Source of the DNA: Ptychomitrium polyphyllum
Taxonomy: Eukaryota
NCBI GenBank assembly: GCA_973851085.1
Contig: OZ316776.1
Coordinates: 15,004,001 to 15,068,000, forward strand
Reading direction: 5' to 3'
DNA length: 64,000 bases
Part shown: positions 37,301-48,857 of the stretch, in pieces
Layout: the number at the start of each line of letters is the position of its first letter
Position numbering within the stretch: position 1 is the stretch's first letter
Made by a program: the position numbers and the translations under genes
The notes under the pieces: generated by a model
What the model was told of the DNA's origin: nothing
Seen by the model: only the letters and a program-made list of their open reading frames with translations
Database searches by the model: none

Positions 37301-40300
37301 TGCTCCCGCAGTCTTCTAACATATGATGAATGATATCTTCCATAAATATCTGGATGATTTTGTAGTCATCTACTTAGATGATATTCTGATATATTCAAAG
37401 GATGAACAAGACCACAAAGGTCATGTGCGATTGGTCTTAAAAAAACTACGCCAGCGAGGATTATATGCTAAATTGGAGAAGTGCCTTTTCCATGAATCCT
37501 CGGTTGAATTTTTAGGCTACATCATTTCCAAAGGAGGAATCCATATGGATAAGAAGAAAATAAGCACTGTCATGGAGTGGAGTACGCCAAGATCAATTCG
37601 AGATGTTCAGTGCTTCTTGGAATTTGCAAACTTCTACAGGATATTCATCAAGAATTATTCCAAGATTGTGACACCATTAACACATCTTACGGGGAAGCAA
37701 AAATTCATTTGGGATGAAGAGGCGGAAAAAGCACTTCAAAGTCTTAAGAAGTCATTTATGTCGGCTCCAGTTCTTATTCATCCAAATCCATCAAAGCCTT
37801 TTTATTTGGAAGCGGATGCCTCAGATTTTGCGCTTGGCTCAGTACTCTCACATTTTGATTAAGACGGGAGGCTTCACCCGTTTGCCTTTTGTTCAAGAAA
37901 GTTCTTAGCGGCAGGGATCAACTATGATATACATGATAAAGAACTACTTGCAGTTGTAGATGCGTTCGAAGAATGGCGACACTTATTGGAAGGAGCTCAA
38001 CATACCATCACAATATACACAGACCACAAGAACTTGGAGTATTTCATGAGTGCGTGCGTTTTGAATCGCCGTCAAGCAAGGTAGAGTATGTCGCTTTCCA
38101 GATTTGACTTTATCATTATTTATCGATCTGGTAGCTTGCAAGGTAAGCCAGATGCCTTATCTCGAAGATCTTATTTAGCTCCTCAACCTGGAGATGATGT
38201 CTTGAATCAACAAAAGACTATTTTATTGAAACCAGAGAATTTTCAATTGAAAGCAACAATTATTACAACAACATCCCATCTTGACGAAATTCGAAAGGAT
38301 TTGAAGAATGACGTCTTTGTTTCAAATATAAAGAAGCGCCTCAAAGACAATGGAAGTCCTTCAAATAGCGATGAGGACTTTGAATTCCAAGAGGGCCTAC
38401 TTTATTATAAAGGACTTTTGTACCTACCTCCAGGCCCTTTGCGGTTGAAGATCCTTCAAGCACGTCATGATTTTCTAGCAACAGGACATTTTGGATTCAA
38501 TAAAACAATGGAGTTGATTGCAAGAGACTATTGGTGGCCACAAATGTGGAAGTACGTGAAGGACTTTATTCGATCATGCGACACTTGTGCAAGAGCCAAG
38601 GTACCAAGACACCAACCTCATGGTCTCCTCCATCCGCTTCCAGTGCCAAGGGGCCCATGGTTGTCTTTATCAATGGATTTTATCACGGACCTTCCAAACT
38701 CCGATTCTAAAGATTCTATTTTGGTAGTGGTGGATTGATTTACCAAAATGGCACATTTCATTCCATGCAATAAGACGGTAACGGGAGAAAAAACTGCCAA
38801 GTTGTTCCTAAATCACGTCTACCGCATATATGGACTACCATATGATATTGTATCCGATCGGGGGCCGCAGTTCATTTCCAACTTTTGGAGGGCTCTATTC
38901 CAGCTATTGCGTGTAAAGATCAATCTTTCTTTAGCACACCATCCGCAAATTGATGGCCAAACCGAACGCGTGAATCAAATTTTGGAACAGTACCTTTGTT
39001 GTAGCATAAACTACCAGCAAGACAACTGGATGGATCTCTTGCCTTTGGTAGAATTTGCTTACAACAATACGGTGCATTCTTCAACAACTCAAAGTCCATT
39101 CTTTGCAAACTATGGCCATCATCCTCGAGCAGATCCATTTCAAGTGAAGCATGTTGGAAGTCCTGCGGTAGAGGATTTTGCAATTCAATTTGCTAAAATC
39201 CATCAAGAAATTACCTTCCAGTTACAACAAGCTCAAGATCGTTACAAAACTTATGTAGATCGCCATCGGAAGGACCATCCAAAGTTCAAGGTTGGAGATA
39301 GCGTATGGCTCCTACGATAAAATATACAAACAAAAAGACCATCAAAGAAGTTGGACTATCAAAGGCTTGGACCGTTTGAAATCAATAAACAAATAAATCC
39401 GGTTAGTTATTGCCTAAAGCTACCACCAAGCATGCAAATTCATCCAGTATTCCACGTATCGTTGTTGGAAACCTATAATAAATCATGTATACCAGAGAGA
39501 ATTGTCCCTCCGCCTCCTCCGCTGGAAATCAATAATGAAATTGAATATGAAGTGGAAGAGATCTTAGATTCACGCATCAAGAACCGACGTGTGGAGTACC
39601 TCATACATTGGCAAGGATATGGCATCAATGACCGAACATGGGAACTTTCAACGAATGTAACAAATGCATTCGAGAAGGTACGCGAATTTCATCAAAGATA
39701 TCCTCAAAAACCAGGTCAGTGATGATGTGTCATCAGCAGCCGTTAGCTTCACAAAGAAGTTTTTCCTTTATAGACAAGCATAAGAAGGGAGGAGAGGAAT
39801 CCAAGCCTCCAATTGTATGCAGCATTATTTCCAAGATAGATCATTTCCAGATCCTAGCCAGTATGTCAAATCTTCATGTTATCATGGTTATGCGTGAAGA
39901 GCAGTCGGCCATGCCTTCATCAATAACAGCATCTGTTGAACCAACTCAACTTTCTCAGCCCTCGGTAACGGAGGATCTAAGTCAAGATATGAGAGGGACC
40001 TCCCAACGTCGAATACGACCTCGTGTAGAAGTATTGACTAGTCGCCCTTCACATTCCAGTCTTGATTCAGATGCTCGCGTTCTAGTCATCTTGTTAGAAA
40101 TTGGAAGAGTCACTCCTGGAGGACCCGAAATCTTGTTTGGAGGATGTTTTAAAGGACTTAATCAAGATCAGATCTTGGGATGGGACATTTCAACAATAGA
40201 AGTCCTGGCTGGTGGCCATCGGCGTTTCTTGCAAGGACGAGTTGAGCCAATGAACAAAGAACAACAAGCGGAGTATATTACTTCACTTCTTCGACAAATT

Positions 40301-41039
40301 TTGGAATTTATAGAAATGTGACAAGCAAGCCAAGAAAATAGCTCCTCATGGGACTCGTCGCTAAATGAGGAGGTGATGTCTCGGACATAGATCATGCGAC
40401 ATAGTCATTAGAACATTCTAGAACCTTCTAGTATACTAGAATAGTTTCTTAGAATACTTTTAGATGTCTCCATAGTCTGACTATGTTCTTAGGAAGCTTC
40501 CTAGGAAAGTTCCTCCACCTTAGGAAACTTTCCAGGAAGGTTCTATCCTCTTAGGAAACTTCCTAGGAAGGTTCTACCCCTTTAGGAAACTTCCTAGAAA
40601 AATTCCATCACCTTAGGAAACTTCCTTGGAAGGTTCTACCTCTTCAGGAAACTTCTGAAGAAGGTTTCGCTGTTTTAAAAAACTTCCAAGGAAGGTTCCA
40701 ACTCCTTGGAAGCTTCCATAGAAGGTTCCAATTCCTTGGAAGCTACTTAGAAAGGTTCCAACATCTTAGGAAACTTCTTGGGAAGATTCTTTAGACTTCT
40801 ACAACATTCTTATGCCTTCTAGGAAGCTTCTTTAGAAGTATCATAGGAGGTACAAACGTCTCAGTATAAATAGGAGGCAAGACAAGGTAATCCTAAGTCT
40901 TGCCAACACAAGATGTGGATCATCTTGAATCCTACCTTGTTCTAGTCTTTGTATCAACTTCTTGTTAATCATTAGCTCTTTGGAAGCTAATTCTTGGGAA
41001 AAACTTCGTTTCTGCTTCTTGTTTCTTGTGTCCCTAACA
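34360..41039 (+). mobile_element. Family A copy A3 (5' LTR 34360-34991, gag from 35228, pol 36243-39722, accessory ORF, 3' LTR 40377-41039); chimeric ends
   Basis: Full domain order is present. The left flank CTTGC (NLR) and right flank TAGTC (family B RT) do not match each other. Confidence 0.95.
39722..40321 (+). CDS. Family A accessory ORF, 199 aa, unknown function
   Basis: The ATG overlaps the pol TGA (TGATG, 39720-39724). The frame is intact although pol is full of stops, and it has a homolog in family D. Confidence 0.65.
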   Translation: MMCHQQPLASQRSFSFIDKHKKGGEESKPPIVCSIISKIDHFQILASMSNLHVIMVMREEQSAMPSSITASVEPTQLSQPSVTEDLSQDMRGTSQRRIRPRVEVLTSRPSHSSLDSDARVLVILLEIGRVTPGGPEILFGGCFKGLNQDQILGWDISTIEVLAGGHRRFLQGRVEPMNKEQQAEYITSLLRQILEFIEM

Positions 41040-44000
41040 TAGTCAACACACATGCGGAGCTTGCCACCCTTTTTGTCTACAAAGAGGACCGGTGCTCCAT
41101 ATGGTGACTTACTTGGCCTAACATAGCCTCTTTCCAACAAGTCATTCAATTGCTTCTTCAACTCCTCTAGCTCTTTTTGGTTCAACCGGTATGGAGCCTT
41201 AGAAGGGGGCTCCGTTCCCGGTATCACTTTAATTTTGTGATCCACTTCTCTTCTTGGCGGTAACTCTGCGGGCAGCTCATTGGTGAGCACATCCTTGTAA
41301 CCACTTAGTACATTTTGAATGCACTTGGGAATAGTCCTAACCTCCTTGGCACTTGGCCTATTCCCCTCTTCTTGCTCCATTCGCATCACAACCACAAATT
41401 GATTATTCTCTAGTTGTTCTAAGGAGACTAAGTTCAACTTGCCTCCCGCAACCATAGGAGTCCTAGTCAACTTCAATATTGTCTCCTTCCCACCACGGCG
41501 CACTACTAATCGTACTGGCTTTTGCTTCACATCCACCACATGAGTTTCGAAAAAGGTATCATCTAAAATGAGGTCTACCTCATCCATCTCACATAGTGTA
41601 AAACTTTCCTTCAACTCCAATGTCCCACTACTTAAGGCCACATCCAACACCACCTCCTTTATCTCGTACGGTTTGCCTTTTGCACATCGCATATTGATGG
41701 GCTTGCTAGCTTTTTGAGCCAATAAGCCCAACTCCCTTGCTAGCTTGGGACTCATGAAGGAGTGCGTTGCCCCTATGTCAATCAAACATGAGACATTTTT
41801 GCCATTTATTTGGGCCTCGAGGTATAAGAGACTCGACCTTGGCTTAAGGCTACTAGCCTTGGCCACAAATCCACCTTCTAAAATGTGATCCACAACACAA
41901 GTGTGACAAGCTTTGGTACTCACCTTTTTATCGGGGCACTCCGCAATGAAGTGACCAATCTTGCCACACCCGTGGCAACGCTTGTGCTTCACCTCCACAC
42001 TCTTATCTCCCGATTTGAACGGTTTTCTCTCATGATGGTCCACTTTGTTGTAGGCTCTTCCATCTACTTGTCCCTTGTGTTTGTTTCCAAAGCCAAATTT
42101 CTTGCGTTCTCTGCCGCAAGATACATTTCGGCTCAATCCACTTTGTTGAGAGGGACCACTTGATTTTATTTTGGGACCGTCGGCTTCAATTCTTTCCGCA
42201 ATCTTAATGATTCCCGCCACGTCCTCCGGAAGCTTTGGAAACTTGAACAAGGCGTCCACCACCCACTTTTGAAGCCCACCCAAAAAGATGCATTTCTTTG
42301 CAAACTCATCCATTTTGAATGTGGCATTCATTTGGGCGTTGAAATCTCGCACATAAGTCTTGAGCGACCCAGTGTGCCTCATTTGCACCAAGTTCATGCC
42401 CTCCCTCAACTCTTGATACTCCGGAGTGAAGCGTTCATTCAAAATCTCTTTAAAACCGACCCAAGACAAAGTTGCCACCAACTCCGGCTCTTGCTCCTTT
42501 TTACTTGTCCACCATTGAAGAGCATGGTCTTTCAAAAAGGTCACCGCAATTGAAACTTTGTCCACATCCTCCGGCTTTTGAACATCATAATAGTTGTCCA
42601 TTTCTAAAAGAAATTCCTTCACCTTCCTGGCCTTACATAGCGTAGAACAAGTGCTTGGCATGTTGACCTTGGCCAACTTCTTGGTCGAAGATGAGGACCT
42701 GGAACCTTATGCCATCAAGTGCTCAGTCAACCTCTCTTGACGAGTCCTTTCTTCTTTGCCACGCTTGAGTTCTTGGTTCACACCGTCCACGAACTCGAGC
42801 ATTTTCATGCGAAAACTTAAGTCAGGGTCCTGATTCTCTAGGCCCTCAGGTGGCTCAGGAATCCTAACTCCTGAGTATTCTCCACCTTCCAACGCTTCGT
42901 CTTGTTGAGATTCCTCAACCTCCTCGGTGACTCCAATGTCATTCCCTTGCTCATTGGAATCAAAGGATGGAGCTTCATTAATCGGATCGGGGTCTTTGTT
43001 CACCTTCCTGCGTGGTCGTTTAGAGGCCCCGAGCTCACTGCCATCACCGGCTTTCTTCTTACCCATAGCCTCCTCGCAACGTAGCACTTGGATACTCAAA
43101 GCCTGCTCTGATACCAAATGTCGCAACCCTTGTAATGCACCTTAGCAAGCGTCAAGCGCGTCAACCCTGTACACCCCCACATGCACATGGTTAACCTCCA
43201 TTCTCACTTTTCAAATCTTTCTACCATTTTTCTTAGGACACCCAATTTATTAGTAGCCAATGGTTAGGTGCGGACTTCCATTCATGTCCAAGGCCTCACT
43301 TGGTGTTACTCCCATTCCACACGGCCTAACCGCACTTAGTGGTGTCTCCTCACCACCACTTATGATGTCGAAGCGATCCTAAGATCACCCCGGGCCATCA
43401 TGATGCCGGCGTGAAGACACCACCTCAACTTAGTGGTAACAAGCGTACCCTTTTGAACGTGCTAGTTCCCTCCGTGAAACCGGCCGTCCACCGACTCATA
43501 ATGGTGTGGGAGTCCCCGTGGTGAAGCCCCAACACTAGCTCTACCAACCGGGACTCACCCTTGGTTTCTACCGGCACACTAGGGGAGTGGGGAGGGGGAC
43601 CAGCCCTCCCTTATAATAACCTCTGAGGGATTCGGCAAGCCCCCTGGCCCTCTGTAGCTGGCTGAAGCCCGACACACCTAGAGTTTTGGAAGACCACCCG
43701 ATCTTCCTTGGGACTTAGCCGCTGGAAGCCTCCGGGACTCTCAGCGGACCTTTAGGGCGCCATATCTTCCTCATCCGGTGCCCGAATGTGTCAAGCAACC
43801 ACTTTATCGTCATCTACTCTTTGCGTAGATGCCGATAGACTCCTCAAACGTTCGATTTGAGTTAGTATTGTGGGAGATACGCCTCTCCTAAGGTTCGGGA
43901 CTCCTGGGGAGTTCCTCCTTGAACTGTCCCACTCCAGCACAGTCACTGTGTAGGGCTGCCACACTCTTGAACAGCCCCTTCGCAACCCCAACTTTGGAAT

Positions 44001-44266
44001 GCCATAACTTTTAGCTCCCATTGTCCGATTTGGGCAATCTTTAGCATTCTAGAATCAACTCTTCGTGATTCCTCCAATGCCCACGATTTATCCCTCTTGG
44101 CCCTCGGTCTACATGGGCAAGGATGTTTCTCCCCCTCGGGGTCCTTCCCACGCTAGGCCCACTCGGTTCTCCTCACTATCGGCACCACAAGTCCCGGACG
44201 TCGCTCCGGAGTCCCCCTTGTGCCTTTAATATTGCGGGCACTCCCCAAGGAAAGGTGCGCGTTATA
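41040..44266 (-). mobile_element. Family B 5' half, inverted copy (5' LTR 43119-44266, PBS, gag-PR-start of RT)
   Basis: Mirror of 47658-50884 (coordinate sum 91924). Confidence 0.93.
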
Positions 44267-44511
44267 GAAGCCAGTGTACAGTAGAGTTTGGAGTTGCATA
44301 ATCTGGGTCATTGTAGATGATTGAAGGAATTTCTATGGTTGATTTTTTGACAAGGTGTTTCTTATAAAATATGTATTATTTTCACAAAATTTAAAGTTTG
44401 AATTTGCATAAAAAGAGAGTTATGAAGTGGTTAAGTGATAGGAGTATAGGGGCTGTAGCAATGAAGAATGTAAACTTTGAAGTTATGGATCTTAGAGGGT
44501 ACTAAGGATTT

Positions 44512-47500
44512 AGCAATCAAAATTTAGATATAGTATATTGATTGTTTCAAGAAGGTTTTGTTAAAATCTTAGATGCTTTGGATTAGTTTGCTAGAAGTTA
44601 TGACTTATTTAGCATTCTGGATTTTCAAAGCATTGTAGAGGGAAAATTTGAGATAGGATATTTGCTTCATTGGATGTTAGAAGTAGAAACTCTTCATGCA
44701 TCTTGACCTTAATCAATTAGATGCTAAAAAAGACCTTGTATTTTCTATAGCTCCTACTCTCGCCACAATAACGTGATGTCCAATGCTTTCTTGGATTTGC
44801 AAACTTCTATAGAATCTTCATCAAGGACTATTCTTGAACAGCTATACCACTCATGCGACTAACATACAAAAAAAAGCTTGAATGGGGATCCGATGTTGAG
44901 GATGCATTCCAAAATTTGAAGCAAGCTTTTACCACAGCTCCTATTCTAGTCCATCCAAACTTTTCAAAGCAATTTTATCTTAAGATAGATGCTTTTGACT
45001 TTGAACTTGGAGTAGTTTTGTCACAAACGAAAAAAGAAAGGAGACTTTATCCAACTGCATTTCATTCTAGAAAATTTTTAGCTGTAGAAATCAATTATGA
45101 AATCCACAACAAGGAACTCCTTGCAATTGTGGATTCCTTCTAAGAATGGCGTCACTTGCTCAAAGGTGCCGCGCATCTAGTTATTGTATATACTGATCAC
45201 AAGGACTTGAAATATTTCATGTCAACTCGTGTTTTGAATTGCTGTTAAACTTGTTGGACTATGTCTCTATCTCGATTTTATTTTTGCATCACATATCAAC
45301 CCAGGAAACAACAAAGATAATCAAATGTTTTGTTAAGGCAATTATACCTTGCACCAAAGGAAGAAGAAGGAGCACACAATTAACAACAAGTAACTTCGTT
45401 GAAACTTAAATGGTTTTGTACACGCACAACCACCATTTCAGCTCCAGTGGATTTATTATACTTTAACCAAGTACATGTAGCATCTACCAAGGACCCTCTT
45501 GCTCTTGATATCAAACATTGTTCCAACAATTTCTTTGAAAATGTGTCAAAGTTCAAATTAGAAGACAACCTTCTTTACTTTGAAGAATGTCTATATATTC
45601 CTGAAGGACCAATTTGCCTTTGTATACTTCAAATACATCATGACTTTCTTGTAGCTAGACATTTTGGATTCAACAAAACCTTGGAACTCCTCTCTCAAGC
45701 CTTTTGGTGGCTTCAAATGTGAAAGGCTGTTAAAGAGTTTGTACTCTCTTGTTATACCTGTTCTTGGTTAAAAATCCTTGACACCATCCATATGGACTTC
45801 TCCAGCCTCTACTTATTCACAGCAATTGTAGTAGTCTATTTCAATGGATTTCATGACAGATCTTCTAACTTCAAATTTTATTCATACCATCTTCGTTGTA
45901 GTAGACCTATTGACCAAGATGGCATAATTTTAACCTTGTAAAAAGACAATTAAGAGTGAACGTACTACCACACTCTTCATNNNNNNNNNNNNNNNNNNNN
46001 NNNNNNNNNNNNNNNNNNNNNNNNNNNNNNNNNNNNNNNNNNNNNNNNNNNNNNNNNNNNNNNNNNNNNNNNNNNNNNNNNNNNNNNNNNNNNNNNNNNN
46101 NNNNNNNNNNNNNNNNNNNNNNNNNNNNNNNNNNNNNNNNNNNNNNNNNNNNNNNNNNNNNNNNNNNNNNNNNNNNNNNNAGCAATCAAAATTTAGATAT
46201 AGTATATTGATTGTTTCAAGAAGGTTTTGTTAAAATCTTAGATGCTTTGGATTAGTTTGCTAGAAGTTATGACTTATTTAGCATTCTGGATTTTCAAAGC
46301 ATTGTAGAGGGAAAATTTGAGATAGGATATTTGCTTCATTGGATGTTAGAAGTAGAAACTCTTCATGCATCTTGACCTTAATCAATTAGATGCTAAAAAA
46401 GACCTTGTATTTTCTATAGCTCCTACTCTCGCCACAATAACGTGATGTCCAATGCTTTCTTGGATTTGCAAACTTCTATAGAATCTTCATCAAGGACTAT
46501 TCTTGAACAGCTATACCACTCATGCGACTAACATACAAAAAAAAGCTTGAATGGGGATCCGATGTTGAGGATGCATTCCAAAATTTGAAGCAAGCTTTTA
46601 CCACAGCTCCTATTCTAGTCCATCCAAACTTTTCAAAGCAATTTTATCTTAAGATAGATGCTTTTGACTTTGAACTTGGAGTAGTTTTGTCACAAACGAA
46701 AAAAGAAAGGAGACTTTATCCAACTGCATTTCATTCTAGAAAATTTTTAGCTGTAGAAATCAATTATGAAATCCACAACAAGGAACTCCTTGCAATTGTG
46801 GATTCCTTCTAAGAATGGCGTCACTTGCTCAAAGGTGCCGCGCATCTAGTTATTGTATATACTGATCACAAGGACTTGAAATATTTCATGTCAACTCGTG
46901 TTTTGAATTGCTGTTAAACTTGTTGGACTATGTCTCTATCTCGATTTTATTTTTGCATCACATATCAACCCAGGAAACAACAAAGATAATCAAATGTTTT
47001 GTTAAGGCAATTATACCTTGCACCAAAGGAAGAAGAAGGAGCACACAATTAACAACAAGTAACTTCGTTGAAACTTAAATGGTTTTGTACACGCACAACC
47101 ACCATTTCAGCTCCAGTGGATTTATTATACTTTAACCAAGTACATGTAGCATCTACCAAGGACCCTCTTGCTCTTGATATCAAACATTGTTCCAACAATT
47201 TCTTTGAAAATGTGTCAAAGTTCAAATTAGAAGACAACCTTCTTTACTTTGAAGAATGTCTATATATTCCTGAAGGACCAATTTGCCTTTGTATACTTCA
47301 AATACATCATGACTTTCTTGTAGCTAGACATTTTGGATTCAACAAAACCTTGGAACTCCTCTCTCAAGCCTTTTGGTGGCTTCAAATGTGAAAGGCTGTT
47401 AAAGAGTTTGTACTCTCTTGTTATACCTGTTCTTGGTTAAAAATCCTTGACACCATCCATATGGACTTCTCCAGCCTCTACTTATTCCACAGCAATTGTA

Positions 47501-47650
47501 GTAGTCTATTTCAATGGATTTCATGACAGATCTTCTAACTTCAAATTTTATTCATACCATCTTCGTTGTAGTAGACCTATTGACCAAGATGGCATAATTT
47601 TAACCTTGTAAAAAGACAATTAAGAGTGAACGTACTACCACACTCTTCAT
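44512..47650. repeat. Direct duplication 44512-45980 / 46181-47650 across a 200-N gap (45981-46180); likely contig overlap
   Basis: Copies appear identical but for one indel. Offset is 1669. Confidence 0.85.
44760..45980 (+). mobile_element. Degenerate chromovirus fragment C (RT end, RNase H, integrase N-terminus)
   Basis: FLGFANFYRIFI, AFHSRKF..EINYEIHNKELLAIVDSF, HFGFNKTLEL; many stops and frameshifts. Confidence 0.85.
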
Positions 47651-47657
47651 AAATAAA
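46430..47657 (+). mobile_element. Duplicate of fragment C, interrupted by the family B LTR
   Basis: Same ORFs as 44853-45722 at offset 1669. Confidence 0.8.
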
Positions 47658-48807
47658 TGTCCCGCACACCTCTCCTTGAGGAATACCCGCAATACTAAAG
47701 GCACAAGGGGGACTCCGGAGCGACGTCCGGGACTTGTGGTGCCGATAGTGAGGAGAACCGAGTGGGCCTAGCGTGGGAAGGACCCCGAGGGGGAGAAACA
47801 TCCTTGCCCATGTAGACCGAGGGCCAAGAGGGATAAATCGTGGGCATTGGAGGAATCACGAAGAGTTGATTCTAGAATGCTAAAGATTGCCCAAATCGGA
47901 CAATGGGAGCTAAAAGTTATGGCATTCCAAAGTTGGGGTTGCGAAGGGGCTGTTCAAGAGTGTGGCAGCCCTACACAGTGACTGTGCTGGAGTGGGACAG
48001 TTCAAGGAGGAACTCCCCAGGAGTCCCGAACCTTAGGAGAGGCGTATCTCCCACAATACTAACTCAAATCGAACGTTTGAGGAGTCTATCGGCATCTACG
48101 CAAAGAGTAGATGACGATAAAGTGGTTGCTTGACACATTCGGGCACCGGATGAGGAAGATATGGCGCCCTAAAGGTCCGCTGAGAGTCCCGGAGGCTTCC
48201 AGCGGCTAAGTCCCAAGGAAGATCGGGTGGTCTTCCAAAACTCTAGGTGTGTCGGGCTTCAGCCAGCTACAGAGGGCCAGGGGGCTTGCCGAATCCCTCA
48301 GAGGTTATTATAAGGGAGGGCTGGTCCCCCTCCCCACTCCCCTAGTGTGCCGGTAGAAACCAAGGGTGAGTCCCGGTTGGTAGAGCTAGTGTTGGGGCTT
48401 CACCACGGGGACTCCCACACCATTATGAGTCGGTGGACGGCCGGTTTCACGGAGGGAACTAGCACGTTCAAAAGGGTACGCTTGTTACCACTAAGTTGAG
48501 GTGGTGTCTTCACGCCGGCATCATGATGGCCCGGGGTGATCTTAGGATCGCTTCGACATCATAAGTGGTGGTGAGGAGACACCACTAAGTGCGGTTAGGC
48601 CGTGTGGAATGGGAGTAACACCAAGTGAGGCCTTGGACATGAATGGAAGTCCGCACCTAACCATTGGCTACTAATAAATTGGGTGTCCTAAGAAAAATGG
48701 TAGAAAGATTTGAAAAGTGAGAATGGAGGTTAACCATGTGCATGTGGGGGTGTACAGGGTTGACGCGCTTGACGCTTGCTAAGGTGCATTACAAGGGTTG
48801 CGACATT

Positions 48808-48819
48808 TGGTATCAGAGC
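48808..48819 (+). promoter_or_regulatory. tRNA-iMet primer-binding site of family B
   Basis: TGGTATCAGAGC, 2 nt after the LTR end TGCGACA. Mirror copy at 43105-43116. Confidence 0.92.
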
Positions 48820-48857
48820 AGGCTTTGAGTATCCAAGTGCTACGTTGCGAGGAGGCT

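Noticed and set aside
39638..39721. 227-aa version of the accessory ORF starting inside the chromodomain
   Set aside because: The extra 28 codons overlap the integrase in another frame. The stop-overlapping ATG at 39722 is the more plausible start, though unproven.
44512..47650. Tandem duplication of fragment C
   Set aside because: Same gap-flank overlap pattern as above.
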